64,000 nt of DNA from Gammaproteobacteria bacterium (GTDB lineage: Bacteria > Pseudomonadota > Gammaproteobacteria > Pseudomonadales > Azotimanducaceae). The stretch is from positions 21,573 to 85,572 of the forward strand of contig PBQQ01000036.1 in assembly GCA_002725095.1 (NCBI GenBank), written 5' to 3'. The translations under genes were made by a program, and so were the position numbers. Positions 30,933-42,157 of the stretch are shown here, piece by piece; the first letter of the stretch is position 1; the number at the start of each line of letters is the position of its first letter. Below the pieces are notes generated by a model that was not told where the DNA came from, did no database searches, and saw only the letters and a program-made list of their open reading frames with translations.

Positions 30933-31640
30933 CTACGGCGAAGATTCGGCGTTGTGGCGCTTGCGCCAGGGAGAATCGCCCTGAACATAGATCGGCAAAG
31001 CCAATTCGGGTCCAACGCTGCGACCCTCTTTATGCGCGGTTCGCGCTGCCCCAATCATTGTCTGGGCGTCCGGAATCACTTCGCCGTGGCTGCACGCCTG
31101 CAATTCATCCACCAGCCAACTCGGTCGAGCGCCAATCAACGCGAGCCCACTGGAACTCAGATCACTATGCTGAACAATATCCGACAGCCACTGAGGCGGT
31201 TGATCACACAATTGGTCGGAATACAGCTGTGACCATCTTCCGGGGCCACCCACATGTGCCGACAGATAAAACGACTGGGCGCGACTCGGCACAGCACAAA
31301 CAACCTGCTGCACGGTCGCAGGGCACTGCGCCCATGACCGCACCAAAATATCTGAACAGCGCTGTGGAACTACATTGCACGCGCACGCCATAGCGATGCC
31401 TTGCGCCACCGAAGCCGCAATCCTGACCCCTGTGAAGCCACCAGGGCCCGCACTAAAACTTACCAATTCCGTGCTCTGAACGGCCAAACCCGCGCGTTGA
31501 TACAACGCATCGAGCATGGGAATCACTTCCTGATTGTGTCGACGCTCCAATCGCTGGGTGTCGGCAAAAACGTCATCGCCAACGGCCAGCGCCACGCTAC
31601 AATGCGGGGTTGATGTATCAATACAAAGAGTGATTGTCAT
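30933..31640 (-). CDS. tsaB: tRNA threonylcarbamoyladenosine biosynthesis protein TsaB
   Basis: L.IDTST..CSVAL, GPG(G)FTGVRI, ALP.Y..; start at ATG 31640 (ORF track 31709). Confidence 0.9.
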   Translation of the reverse strand: MTITLCIDTSTPHCSVALAVGDDVFADTQRLERRHNQEVIPMLDALYQRAGLAVQSTELVSFSAGPGGFTGVRIAASVAQGIAMACACNVVPQRCSDILVRSWAQCPATVQQVVCAVPSRAQSFYLSAHVGGPGRWSQLYSDQLCDQPPQWLSDIVQHSDLSSSGLALIGARPSWLVDELQACSHGEVIPDAQTMIGAARTAHKEGRSVGPELALPIYVQGDSPWRKRHNAESSP

Positions 31641-32881
31641 TGCCCCAGCATAGCCAAGCATTAGATCTGGAGGAAGCGCTGACCGCCATTCGTCAGCAAC
31701 TCCGTGCACCTAGCACATACGAAACCTGCGAGCTCAAGGACGCGTTTGGGCGAGTGGTTGCAACACCTATTCACGCCGCTCTATCGCTGCCGCCGTTTGC
31801 TGCCTCGGCCATGGACGGTTTTGCGGTCCGTCAGCAAGACATCGTGGCTACCGCGGATTATTCATTACGGCAGGTAGGTACGAGTTTGGCGGGGCACCCT
31901 TACACCGGTGTAGTGGCGCCCGGGGAATGTGTACGCGTATTTACTGGCGCGGCAATCCCAAGCGGCAGCGACCTAGTGGTCGTACAAGAAAACGTGATTG
32001 AGCAAACACTCGACCGCATCACATTTTTGCCACATACCTCGGCAGAACATCACATTCGTGACATCGGTAACGACGTAACTAAAGGGCAATGCTTAGCGAC
32101 ACCGGGCGAGCGCATTAGCCCTTTTATGCTCGGCCAGCTGGCCGCGGCGGGTATTGGCAAGGTAGATGTATTTCCGCGAGTCCGCGTCGGCATTTTTTCC
32201 AGCGGTGATGAGTTACGCGACCCTGGCACGCCGGTGCAGGATCTAGCCTATGGACAAATATTCGACGCCAATCGGATTACCTTAGCGAAACTTCTGGACG
32301 ATTTACCTGTCCAGTGCATCGATCTCGGCTGCCTACCGGATGATCCCAACAAGATTGACTCCGCACTACAACGCGCCGCCAGCGAGTGCGATGTGCTGAT
32401 CACCAGCGGCGGCGTCTCTGTGGGCGATGCCGACTACATTGTCGAGCGCATTCGACAACAAGGCGAGCTGCAATTTTGGCGCTTAAATCTAAAACCAGGT
32501 AAGCCATTGGCCTTTGGGCGCATTCAGTCGAGCTGGATCTTAGGGCTACCCGGAAATCCAATCTCCACCATCATTACCGCGTTGCTGGTCGCAAGACCCG
32601 CAATCGCACAACTTGCGGGAACAGACCTGCCTGCGCCGCTGCGGATCAACGCAACCTTAAAACATCCCATAGTCCATTCACCGGGACGCACCGAGTACCA
32701 ACGCGGGCAATTCGAGGCCGACCAAACCGGTTATACGGTAACGCATACAGGAGACCAAGGATCCAATCGCCTAAGCAGCTTCCGCAACGCTAATTGTTTA
32801 ATTGAAATCGACAAAAGCAGAGGTGACGTAGCCATTGGCGAAGAGATCCTGATCTTACCGCTGACTAATCTATTGCATTGA
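31634..32881 (+). CDS. moeA: Molybdopterin molybdenumtransferase MoeA
   Basis: PPF..SAMDGFA, VFTGA, SSGDEL, TSGGVSVGD.D, KPGKP..FG, GLPGNP; start uncertain (TTG 31634 or 31640). Confidence 0.95.
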   Translation: MSLPQHSQALDLEEALTAIRQQLRAPSTYETCELKDAFGRVVATPIHAALSLPPFAASAMDGFAVRQQDIVATADYSLRQVGTSLAGHPYTGVVAPGECVRVFTGAAIPSGSDLVVVQENVIEQTLDRITFLPHTSAEHHIRDIGNDVTKGQCLATPGERISPFMLGQLAAAGIGKVDVFPRVRVGIFSSGDELRDPGTPVQDLAYGQIFDANRITLAKLLDDLPVQCIDLGCLPDDPNKIDSALQRAASECDVLITSGGVSVGDADYIVERIRQQGELQFWRLNLKPGKPLAFGRIQSSWILGLPGNPISTIITALLVARPAIAQLAGTDLPAPLRINATLKHPIVHSPGRTEYQRGQFEADQTGYTVTHTGDQGSNRLSSFRNANCLIEIDKSRGDVAIGEEILILPLTNLLH

Positions 32882-32983
32882 GGTCCAATCGTACCGCAGG
32901 ACAACTTGCCAGATTGCCGTCGATGCACAGCTAACAGCCCTCGCCCCCACAGCCCAAAACCGCGCAAGGCTTACGCAATCACG

Positions 32984-33637
<654 letters not shown>

Positions 33638-33693
33638 TTACCCAATGATCAAGGACCTAACCACTTTGCCACAGCCCATCCTGTTCTCTCTCG

Positions 33694-35703
33694 TCATCGT
33701 TCGTTCGCTAACAAACGAGTCACGTCTTCCACACCCTTCAACAACATGATCAGACTCATCACTTGCAATAACTGCTGACCGTCGGGGAGTTCCGCTTCCA
33801 ATGTGATAATAGCGTGCTCAGAGGAATTACTCACCCGGCCAGACGCCCCCATCAACGAAACCTGCCAAGCAGCAAATAGTTGCGTGATGTCGTTTAAAAG
33901 TCCCTGACGATTCGCCGCTACGACCTGCAGCGTGGTAGTCGCCACAGACTCAGGAGTGTTGATTCCTGGCAAACCAGGTTGAGCCGAGGTGGCGGACTGC
34001 GACTCTTGAGACGTCAACACTTGCGCTAACAACTCAATATAACTGACCACTCCCATAGCAACCGCTGACAAAAATACGGCCTCTTGCGTGTAATCAGAAT
34101 GATCGAGACACCGATCGATGAATTCATCACCGCTTCCTAACAATCCGAGTTGCCGTTGCAGCTCTAGTAACAGCTCTCTACCCGATAGCGCCAAGTCCGC
34201 CTCATCGCGAACACGAAAATAACTCACCACCTTTGCACGCGCACGGTGGGTAAACAATATATTCAACGACGGTTCGAGCCATTGGCGCTTAGGCCGCTGC
34301 TGTGAATCCACAATCACCTCGACTTGCTGCCCTGTCTGCAATCGCGTTTGCATGGGCACTTGGACCCCATTTACCAAGCCCCCAACGCATCGCTCGCCAA
34401 GGTCCGTATGCACTCGATAAGCAAAGTCTAAAACCGTAGCGCCACTCGCAAGATCCAGCACATGGCCTTGAGGCGTAGTAATGAACACTCTTTGCTGACT
34501 GGTCTGTTGATACAACAACGCATTTAAATTAGCCCCACCACCCAGCTCCTCATGCCACTCCATGACTTGACGTAACCAATCCATTTTTGCCGCAAAGCTT
34601 GCGTCCTCGTCGGCCGCCTGATTGTGCACAGACTTGTATGCCCAGTGCGCACATACCCCTAGCTCAGCGTCTTCATGCATCTGTCGAGTGCGTATCTGCA
34701 CCTCAAGTGTATCGCCGTCATCCGCGGTTATAGCGGTATGAATACTTTGATAACCGTTCTCCTTAGGCACGGCGATATAGTCGTCAAATTCTGCTGGCAG
34801 GTGCTGCCAAGTGGTATGAATAACGCCCAAAGCCGCGTAGCAGTCGGCTAACGAGTCAACGATGATACGCACCGCTCGAACATCGTAAACTTCCGCTATA
34901 GGAACATTCTTAGCCTGCATCTTGCGCCAGATGCTGAAGATATTCTTAGCCCGGCCCTCTACTTCAGCGCTGACACCATGATCACCAAGCAACCCAACGA
35001 CCCGTTCCGTCATCGCTTCAACCTGCGCTTCTCGCTGTTGGCGTTTCTGACTAAGTTGTTTGGCAATGCCCAGATAAATGTCTTCTTGCAAGTAACGCAA
35101 CGACAGATCTTCAAGTTCCCACTTGAGCTGCCAAAGGCCCAAACGATTTGCCAGCGGCGCAAAAACAGAGCCTGCCTCCTGCGCAATGCGCTGACGCCGT
35201 TGCGGGTCATAATTTTTCGCATAACGCAGCGCCACGACGCGTTCTGCAAGTTTTATAACCGCGACGCGCGCGTCATCAATCATAGAGGCAAGCATGCGCT
35301 TAACGTTTTCAACCTGACTCTGCTGTTCTTTCGCCAGCATCGGCGAATCTGACATTTCCAGCAGGCTTGTTGTCGCCATAGCGGCCACACTGTAAACCAA
35401 GTCCGTCGCCTCGCGATCGACCCGGGCTACCAATTCCGGCTTACTCACGCGTTCGGTGCGAACCAATCGATACACCAAAGCGGCGACTACCGACGGAGTG
35501 TCCAGACGCAGGTCCGCGACGAGTTCCCCAAGCTCTAAAGCCGCGGCAAGCTGATCGGGATGCTGCTGATGAGTCCACGCACAAGAATCTGTCAATGGCT
35601 GTGCCGCCAATCGTGGATGCTTTGCCACAATCCGCGCGACCCAAGATGCCCAATCTAGCGCACCTTCCGCCGTCACCGGCACAGCCTGACGAACCTTAAC
35701 CAA
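33694..35703 (-). CDS. relA: GTP pyrophosphokinase RelA (degenerate HD, SYNTH, TGS, AH, ACT; ZFD apparently missing)
   Basis: MVKVR start, APLANRLG.WQLKWELEDL, YDVRAVR, PKENGYQSIHT, EVQIRT, AHW.YK, TGS DFAYRVHT; downstream of rlmD. Confidence 0.93.
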   Translation of the reverse strand: MVKVRQAVPVTAEGALDWASWVARIVAKHPRLAAQPLTDSCAWTHQQHPDQLAAALELGELVADLRLDTPSVVAALVYRLVRTERVSKPELVARVDREATDLVYSVAAMATTSLLEMSDSPMLAKEQQSQVENVKRMLASMIDDARVAVIKLAERVVALRYAKNYDPQRRQRIAQEAGSVFAPLANRLGLWQLKWELEDLSLRYLQEDIYLGIAKQLSQKRQQREAQVEAMTERVVGLLGDHGVSAEVEGRAKNIFSIWRKMQAKNVPIAEVYDVRAVRIIVDSLADCYAALGVIHTTWQHLPAEFDDYIAVPKENGYQSIHTAITADDGDTLEVQIRTRQMHEDAELGVCAHWAYKSVHNQAADEDASFAAKMDWLRQVMEWHEELGGGANLNALLYQQTSQQRVFITTPQGHVLDLASGATVLDFAYRVHTDLGERCVGGLVNGVQVPMQTRLQTGQQVEVIVDSQQRPKRQWLEPSLNILFTHRARAKVVSYFRVRDEADLALSGRELLLELQRQLGLLGSGDEFIDRCLDHSDYTQEAVFLSAVAMGVVSYIELLAQVLTSQESQSATSAQPGLPGINTPESVATTTLQVVAANRQGLLNDITQLFAAWQVSLMGASGRVSNSSEHAIITLEAELPDGQQLLQVMSLIMLLKGVEDVTRLLANER

Positions 35704-35714
35704 TGCTGATATTC

Positions 35715-37091
35715 CTATTCGTCATCACTATTTCCTCGCGGGGCGCGCACGAAATGTCCTATCGTTTCAACATGGGCAGTCTGTGGGAACATGTCATATA
35801 TACCGACCTCACGCAGCTGGAAACCGGCTCTGTGCAAGCGCAGCGCATCATCCGCAAAGCTCTGCGGATTACAAGACACGTAAACGATCTGCCGTAGCGT
35901 GCTGTTTCCGACCCACGCTTCAAGATTCACCCCGGCACCGCTCCGCGGCGGGTCGATAATCAGTGCTTCCGGACAAAGGTCAGAAACCACCGGATCGCCG
36001 ATCACACCCCAAGGCGCATCACTCCCAGTGAGCGCACTATAAAGGTCCGCAACTCGGAAATAACAACGCTCAGTCAGCCCGTTGCGCCGCGCATTCACCT
36101 CTGCCATAGCTATGGCTTCGGCGCTGGCTTCGACCCCCAAAACTCGAGCGCCTTGGCGCGCCAGCGGCAAACTGAAATTACCGATGCCGCAAAATAAATC
36201 TGCAACCACGCGTCCGCGCACATCACCCAAATAACCGATCGCAACACGAATCAATTCTCGATTCATCAGCGCATTAACCTGCGTAAATTGGTGCGCGTAA
36301 AACTGGAGGCTGAGTCCGTGTTCAGCTATGCCATATGACAAAGGGCGCACCGACGGCTGCCCTGGTAAAGGCTGCAAACTGTCGTAGCCAGCAGGCTGCA
36401 AGATCACTTGTACATCTTGGCCGTTCGCGAACTGTTGCCACTGCTCTAAGTCAGAATCTGTCAAAACATCCAAGTGGCGAACTAAAATGGCGCCTTCGCT
36501 GTCGCCTTCAGCCATTTCAATTTGTGCAATAGTCCTCGGTTGGCTGAGATTTGCAATGAGGCGTTTCAACGGCTGCAGCAGGGCTGACAACCTCGGAGTC
36601 AGCGTCATACAGCCGTCTAGGCGCGCGACCCGGTTACTAAACGATTCGCGAAAACCGACCAAAACCTGCTCGCCCACAACGCGCACCCCCAGCCGCGCCT
36701 TGCGACGATAACCCAAACGAGTGAGCCCTGAAGGCGCGCGCCAGCCTGCAGCTGTCACGCCTACTCGTTGCAACTCTTGTACAAGACGGACTTGTTTTAG
36801 CTGCAGTTGCTCGCCGTACGCCAAGTGATGCAAGTTACAACCGGCACAGCGTGGGAAATATTGGCAGGCTGACGTCACGCGTTTGTGACTGAAGTCTGCG
36901 AGCGGCTGACCATCAGCAAAACGCTGACCACCCCGCCGTTTTAGAATTCGTGCCTGTACCCGTTCGCCGGGCAGCGCATTCCGAACCCACAGCGGCCGTT
37001 CATTTAACGTCGCGGCACCCAGCCCGTCTTTCGACAAGGCATCAATATGCACTTCTTGTTCTACGGGTAACTTTTTAGCCACGCCTCTCAC
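35715..37091 (-). CDS. rlmD: 23S rRNA m5U1939 methyltransferase
   Basis: TRAM domain, C..F..C.GC Fe-S motif, YRRKARLG, F.QVN, DLFCG.GNF, DPPRSGA, YVSCNP, DMFP.T.HVE. Confidence 0.95.
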   Translation of the reverse strand: MRGVAKKLPVEQEVHIDALSKDGLGAATLNERPLWVRNALPGERVQARILKRRGGQRFADGQPLADFSHKRVTSACQYFPRCAGCNLHHLAYGEQLQLKQVRLVQELQRVGVTAAGWRAPSGLTRLGYRRKARLGVRVVGEQVLVGFRESFSNRVARLDGCMTLTPRLSALLQPLKRLIANLSQPRTIAQIEMAEGDSEGAILVRHLDVLTDSDLEQWQQFANGQDVQVILQPAGYDSLQPLPGQPSVRPLSYGIAEHGLSLQFYAHQFTQVNALMNRELIRVAIGYLGDVRGRVVADLFCGIGNFSLPLARQGARVLGVEASAEAIAMAEVNARRNGLTERCYFRVADLYSALTGSDAPWGVIGDPVVSDLCPEALIIDPPRSGAGVNLEAWVGNSTLRQIVYVSCNPQSFADDALRLHRAGFQLREVGIYDMFPQTAHVETIGHFVRAPRGNSDDE

Positions 37092-37124
37092 TCGCTTGGC
37101 AGGTGTAGGTCATTACGCTTGAGA

Positions 37125-37826
37125 TCAACGCGATCCCAGCATTTTACGGCTGACCAACGGTTTATCTCCCAGCAACGGCTGCAACGCCTGACGTGCAATG
37201 TATTTCGCCGCGCGACGCACCTGCGCATGACTAAAATCTCTGCGTTGAATACAGTGTAACCATCGCCCCTGAATCAGCGCCGGATCAGATTCTATTACCG
37301 CAGCGTCAGCCACTCTGGCAAAACCGAACTGTGCTTTGTAGCGATAATAATGATCCGGATTAATCGCCATGCCCGCTTCGGCTTCTCGATCAAAAACAAC
37401 CTCATAACCCAGTTGTTCAAGAAGATCTAATTCAAAACAACGCAAGCCGGTCTGCAACTCGCGACCAGCTTCCATGGCGGTTAGCGCGCTTACCGCGCCG
37501 GCGAAAATTACTGGCTCTTTTTGCCGTTCAGCAACCAACCGATTGAGCAATTCCAAAATATAAAAACCCGCAAAGAGAGCATCACCGCGCAAAGTAAATC
37601 CATGCGCGACATCGAATTTACTGACGTTGACCAGATTATTGCGGCCAAAGTAACTGAGCGTGCCTAAACTAAACGGCTGGATTGAATTAACGCGCTTGGC
37701 CGCACCTCGAACCCCCCGCGCCACACCGGAAATCCGACCCTTGTCCTTGGTCATAAATTGAACGATCGCACTGGTCTCGCGGTACGGTCGAACATGTAAC
37801 ACCAAGGCAGGTTGTTGTTGCATCAT
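37125..37826 (-). CDS. recO: DNA repair protein RecO
   Basis: VLH.RPYRETS, G....VARG, FEL.LL..LGY, LG.KPL.SR; follows era. Confidence 0.94.
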   Translation of the reverse strand: MMQQQPALVLHVRPYRETSAIVQFMTKDKGRISGVARGVRGAAKRVNSIQPFSLGTLSYFGRNNLVNVSKFDVAHGFTLRGDALFAGFYILELLNRLVAERQKEPVIFAGAVSALTAMEAGRELQTGLRCFELDLLEQLGYEVVFDREAEAGMAINPDHYYRYKAQFGFARVADAAVIESDPALIQGRWLHCIQRRDFSHAQVRRAAKYIARQALQPLLGDKPLVSRKMLGSR

Positions 37827-37846
37827 AACTTTATAGAGGACCGAAT

Positions 37847-38743
37847 TTAGTCATACCCCAAGCGTCGCATGTCGCCGGCGTTATTGGTCCAACCTTTTCG
37901 CACCTTGACCCACAAATGCAACATCACCTTGTGTTCAAGCAGAGCCTCAATGTCTTTGCGCGCCTCGGTACCGATGAGCTTTAAGCGCGCACCCTGTTTG
38001 CCAATCACAATGCGTTTCTGCCCTTCACGCTCCACATAGACATCAGCATGGATCCTCACGATATTCTCTTCCGCCTTAAACGACTCAATAACTACTGTCG
38101 CGGCATGCGGAATTTCATCGCCGAGTTGCCGCATCAGTTTTTCCCGCACAATTTCAGCTACCAAAAATCGTTCGGGCTTGTCGGTCACCTCGTCGTCGGC
38201 AAACAAATGCGGCGCTTCGGGCAGGGCTGAAAAAATATGCTGGCGAAACGCCTCAAGCCCCTCTTGTCTGAGTGCACTCAGAGGTAATATTTGCTGAAAC
38301 AGCTTAGTGTCGTCGAGCTGCTGAATCTGCGGTAACAACACTGTTTTGTCTTTAATTAGGTCGATTTTCGACAACACCGCAAAACACGGCACCCGACTTC
38401 CACGCAGCAACTGAAGAATGTGCTCGTCTTCGTCTACGATTCGCCCGCCTTCCAACAACAACACCAACACATCAACGCCGCTCAACGTAGACGTGGCATG
38501 GTTGACCATGTACCGATTGAGCGCCCGCTCGGTGTTTTGATGGATGCCCGGAGTATCAACAAAAATCGCTTGATGGACCCCCTCGGTATCTACACCAATG
38601 AGGTTACGCCGGGTGGTTTGGGGCTTACGTGAGGTGATGCTGATCTTTTGCCCCAGCACGTGATTTAACAACGTCGACTTACCGACATTAGGCCGGCCGA
38701 TCAAGGCGATATATCCACAGTACGCGGCCATGACCTCACTCAC
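37847..38743 (-). CDS. era: GTPase Era
   Basis: GRPNVGKSTL, TSRKPQTTR, DTPG, KH domain (VIGK.G..LK.IG, LWVKV); start GTG 38743 or ATG 38731 (ORF track 38806). Confidence 0.96.
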   Translation of the reverse strand: MSEVMAAYCGYIALIGRPNVGKSTLLNHVLGQKISITSRKPQTTRRNLIGVDTEGVHQAIFVDTPGIHQNTERALNRYMVNHATSTLSGVDVLVLLLEGGRIVDEDEHILQLLRGSRVPCFAVLSKIDLIKDKTVLLPQIQQLDDTKLFQQILPLSALRQEGLEAFRQHIFSALPEAPHLFADDEVTDKPERFLVAEIVREKLMRQLGDEIPHAATVVIESFKAEENIVRIHADVYVEREGQKRIVIGKQGARLKLIGTEARKDIEALLEHKVMLHLWVKVRKGWTNNAGDMRRLGYD

Positions 38744-39446
38744 GATCAGTGCCTTGTTTGCGCACCTGCACCAAAACCAATTGCGCCGCAGCTTTTTCCG
38801 CGCCACGCCGTGAGCTCGCAGAGGCTGACGCAGACTGTTCTAGGGCCGCCACAGAGCAGCTGACACTGTACTGACGCTGATGATCTGCACCAGTAATGTA
38901 TTCAACTTCATAAACGGGCAAATCTAGTCCGCGACCTTGCAATAATTCTTGCAGCTGAGTTTTAGCATCTTTTAACGACTCCGCGTCTAAATCTTGAACG
39001 CGTTCGGCGTAGAGTTTATCCACTAACGCAGCACACGCTTGGATGCCTCCGTCCTCGTGAGCAGCCCCAATGACCGCTTCGACAGCATTGGCCAAAATAG
39101 AGTCGCGATGGCGCCCGCCGCTTTTTAATTCGCCACTTCCTAAACGCAGCAAGGGGGCCAGATTAAGCTCTTTTGCCAACAACGCCAACGTCCGGCCGCG
39201 TACAAGTTCTGCACGCATCAACGACAGAGCATCTTCTTGAACTGCCGGATACTGGCGGTATAGCATGCTGCCAACGAGATAACCCAGCACCGCATCGCCA
39301 ACAAACTCCAGCCGTTCGTTATTGTCCTTGGCATAACTCTTATGTGTCAGTGCCTGCCGCAAGAGCTGCGTATTGTGAAATTGATAACCCAACTGTTGCT
39401 GCAGTGGCCGTAAATCAGGGTCGCTCAACGAATTAGCCATAGGCAC
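38736..39446 (-). CDS. rnc: Ribonuclease III
   Basis: ALTHKS, NERLEFVGDAVL, GE.KSGG, dsRBD KT.LQE..Q. Confidence 0.97.
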   Translation of the reverse strand: MPMANSLSDPDLRPLQQQLGYQFHNTQLLRQALTHKSYAKDNNERLEFVGDAVLGYLVGSMLYRQYPAVQEDALSLMRAELVRGRTLALLAKELNLAPLLRLGSGELKSGGRHRDSILANAVEAVIGAAHEDGGIQACAALVDKLYAERVQDLDAESLKDAKTQLQELLQGRGLDLPVYEVEYITGADHQRQYSVSCSVAALEQSASASASSRRGAEKAAAQLVLVQVRKQGTDRE

Positions 39447-39449
39447 CGC

Positions 39450-40250
39450 TTAATTCGTCGCCTCGGACAGCCATCGATTTCGCTCAAAACTGGGCCACTG
39501 CCAACCGGGTGGCTTATTCGCCCAGATCGCAACTGCCTTACCGACAATATTCTCTGCCGATGCTAGACCCCAAGTTCGAGAGTCCGCTGAGCGATCTCGG
39601 TTATCGCCAATCATTAGATACTGGCCCGGACCGATCGTCCATTCTTGCGCTGGTTCATAGCCTGCTGACTTATATATTGGGTAGTGTCTGCCGTCGGATT
39701 CTTCAATGTATTCTTTTACTTTTATGCGCAGTCTGGGGTCAGTAAATTCTCGAACAAACTCGTGATTCAACCGTCTTCCATTAACGAAAAGGGTTTTATT
39801 GGCATAGCGCACTCGATCTCCAGGAAGACCGATCACGCGCTTTATGAAATAACGCGGATCGTGGGGCGGAACAAACACCATGATGTCGCCGCGCGCCGGA
39901 TCATCAACATCCATAAACTTGCCCCCCAGCACAGGGAACCGCAGTCCGTAGGCGTATTTATTGACCAAAATAAAGTCGCCCACTTTGAGAGTGGGCAACA
40001 TCGATTCGGAAGGTATTTGGTAGGGCTCCGCGACAAAACCGCGCAGCACAAAAACCAGCAATAAGACCGGAAAAAATGACTGCGCAAACTCAACCACTGC
40101 AGGCACCGTAGCACTACCCTCTTGCCGCTCATAAGCAGAACTTGTCGACCCTAAGACGGGCTGCAGTCGCACCCAGCACTTGTGACCAACAATAATAGCG
40201 CCGCTGCCCAAAACGGCCCAAAACAATATATAGGGAAGATCAATATCCAT
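39450..40250 (-). CDS. lepB: Signal peptidase I
   Basis: EPYQIPSESM.PTL..GDFILVNK, IKRVIGLPGD, GDNRD.S.DSR. Confidence 0.97.
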   Translation of the reverse strand: MDIDLPYILFWAVLGSGAIIVGHKCWVRLQPVLGSTSSAYERQEGSATVPAVVEFAQSFFPVLLLVFVLRGFVAEPYQIPSESMLPTLKVGDFILVNKYAYGLRFPVLGGKFMDVDDPARGDIMVFVPPHDPRYFIKRVIGLPGDRVRYANKTLFVNGRRLNHEFVREFTDPRLRIKVKEYIEESDGRHYPIYKSAGYEPAQEWTIGPGQYLMIGDNRDRSADSRTWGLASAENIVGKAVAIWANKPPGWQWPSFERNRWLSEATN

Positions 40251-42058
40251 TAGCGCTCAACTTTCAAGGCCGCTAAAAACGCTTCTTGAGGAATCTCTAC
40301 CTGACCCAACTGTTTCATGCGCTTTTTGCCTTCTTTTTGCTTTTCCAGAAGCTTTTTCTTGCGTGTGATGTCACCGCCATAACACTTGGCCGTGACATTC
40401 TTACGCAGCGCCTTCACCGTCTGTCGAGCAATCACCTGCCCGCCGATAGCGGCCTGCAACGCGACGTCAAACATTTGCCGGGGAATCAGTTCTTTCATTT
40501 TCTCAGCCAAGCTGCGTCCCCTATTTTGAGCTTGATCTCTGTGCACAATACTCGCCAAGGCATCTACTCGATCACCGTTGATCAGGATTTCTAGCTTTAC
40601 TAGGTTCGCCGCCTCAAACCGGATAAACGCGTAATCCAAGGAGGCGAAACCACGACTCACCGACTTAAGCCGATCAAAAAAGTCCATCACCACTTCATTC
40701 ATGGGCATTTCCCAATGCATAGACACCTGCCCCTGAGAAAAATGCATATTCTTTTGCACACCGCGGCGCTCAACGCACAGCGTCATGATGCTGCCAACAT
40801 AGTCTTGGGGTGTGAGAATATTGACCTCAGCAATCGGCTCACGCATCTGCCGGTAGTTCGCGGGCAATCGCGAAGGGTTGTCGACTTGGCGTATGGAACC
40901 GTCATTCAATTCGACTTCGTACACCACCGTTGGCGCCGAAGTGATGAGGTCAAGCCCATATTCCCGCTCCAAGCGCTCCTGCACAATTTCCATATGCAAC
41001 ATACCGAGAAAGCCGCAGCGAAAACCAAAACCCAAGGCCTCGGAAGATTCAGGTTCATAGAACAAAGAGGCGTCATTCAATACGAGTTTTTCTAGCGCTT
41101 CACGGAACGATTCGAAGTCATCAGAGGTTACCGGAAATAACCCTGCATAGACCTGCGGCTTAACTTTGCTAAAACCGGGCAATTGCGGTACGTCGGGCGA
41201 CTTAGCCGCTACCAATGTGTCACCAACGGGCGCGCCCGTAATCTCTTTTATACCCGCGACCACGTAGCCGACCTCACCTGCACCAAGGCTTTTATCGGGC
41301 ATACGCTTAGGCGTGAAACGCCCCAACTGATCCACCGAATGCGCTTTACCGGTAGATTTAACGAGGATCTTATCGCCCTTATTCAACCGTCCTTGAACCA
41401 CTCGAACCAACGATACGATACCGAGATAGTTATCGAACCAGGAGTCGATAATCAGAGCTTGCAGCTCAGCTTGATCGTCTCCGTCTGGTGGCGGAACAGC
41501 TTCCACTAAAAGACCCAATACGCCATCTACTCCTAGCCCAGTTTTGGCGCTAACCCGATGTATATCGGTGACATCCAAGCCAATGATGTCCTCGATCTCA
41601 CCGGCTACCCGCTCGGGCTCGGCCTGCGGCAGATCAATTTTATTGAGTACGGGTATAACTTCTAAACCTTGCTCAATCGCGGTATAGCAATTGGCGACGG
41701 ATTGAGCCTCTACACCCTGAGCCGCATCAACCACCAATAATGCACCTTCGCAGGCCGCGAGTGATCGCGATACTTCATAGCTGAAGTCGACATGACCTGG
41801 GGTGTCAATAAAATTCAGCTGGTACTTTTCTCCGTCGCTATGGAGATACTCCAGCGTCACGCACTGGGCTTTTATTGTGATCCCACGCTCACGCTCTAGA
41901 TCCATCGAGTCCAGAACTTGCTCTGCCATTTCGCGATCGCTCAAACCACCGCACATCTGAATAAAGCGATCGGCCAACGTGGACTTACCGTGGTCAATAT
42001 GCGCGATGATGGAAAAATTGCGTATACGCTGATTTATAGGCACAAGTGGTTGCCGCAC
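40250..42058 (-). CDS. lepA: Elongation factor 4 (LepA)
   Basis: [50 protein letters not shown]; start GTG 42058 or 42043. Confidence 0.98.
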   Translation of the reverse strand: MRQPLVPINQRIRNFSIIAHIDHGKSTLADRFIQMCGGLSDREMAEQVLDSMDLERERGITIKAQCVTLEYLHSDGEKYQLNFIDTPGHVDFSYEVSRSLAACEGALLVVDAAQGVEAQSVANCYTAIEQGLEVIPVLNKIDLPQAEPERVAGEIEDIIGLDVTDIHRVSAKTGLGVDGVLGLLVEAVPPPDGDDQAELQALIIDSWFDNYLGIVSLVRVVQGRLNKGDKILVKSTGKAHSVDQLGRFTPKRMPDKSLGAGEVGYVVAGIKEITGAPVGDTLVAAKSPDVPQLPGFSKVKPQVYAGLFPVTSDDFESFREALEKLVLNDASLFYEPESSEALGFGFRCGFLGMLHMEIVQERLEREYGLDLITSAPTVVYEVELNDGSIRQVDNPSRLPANYRQMREPIAEVNILTPQDYVGSIMTLCVERRGVQKNMHFSQGQVSMHWEMPMNEVVMDFFDRLKSVSRGFASLDYAFIRFEAANLVKLEILINGDRVDALASIVHRDQAQNRGRSLAEKMKELIPRQMFDVALQAAIGGQVIARQTVKALRKNVTAKCYGGDITRKKKLLEKQKEGKKRMKQLGQVEIPQEAFLAALKVER

Positions 42059-42157
42059 AAAGGGGAGCGAAGTTTAGCTCATCCAGCACTAGCGATGAAG
42101 CGCCGCACCAAGCATCTTAAGTCCAAACTTTATTATTCGAGGGCGTCTTGAATTTAG

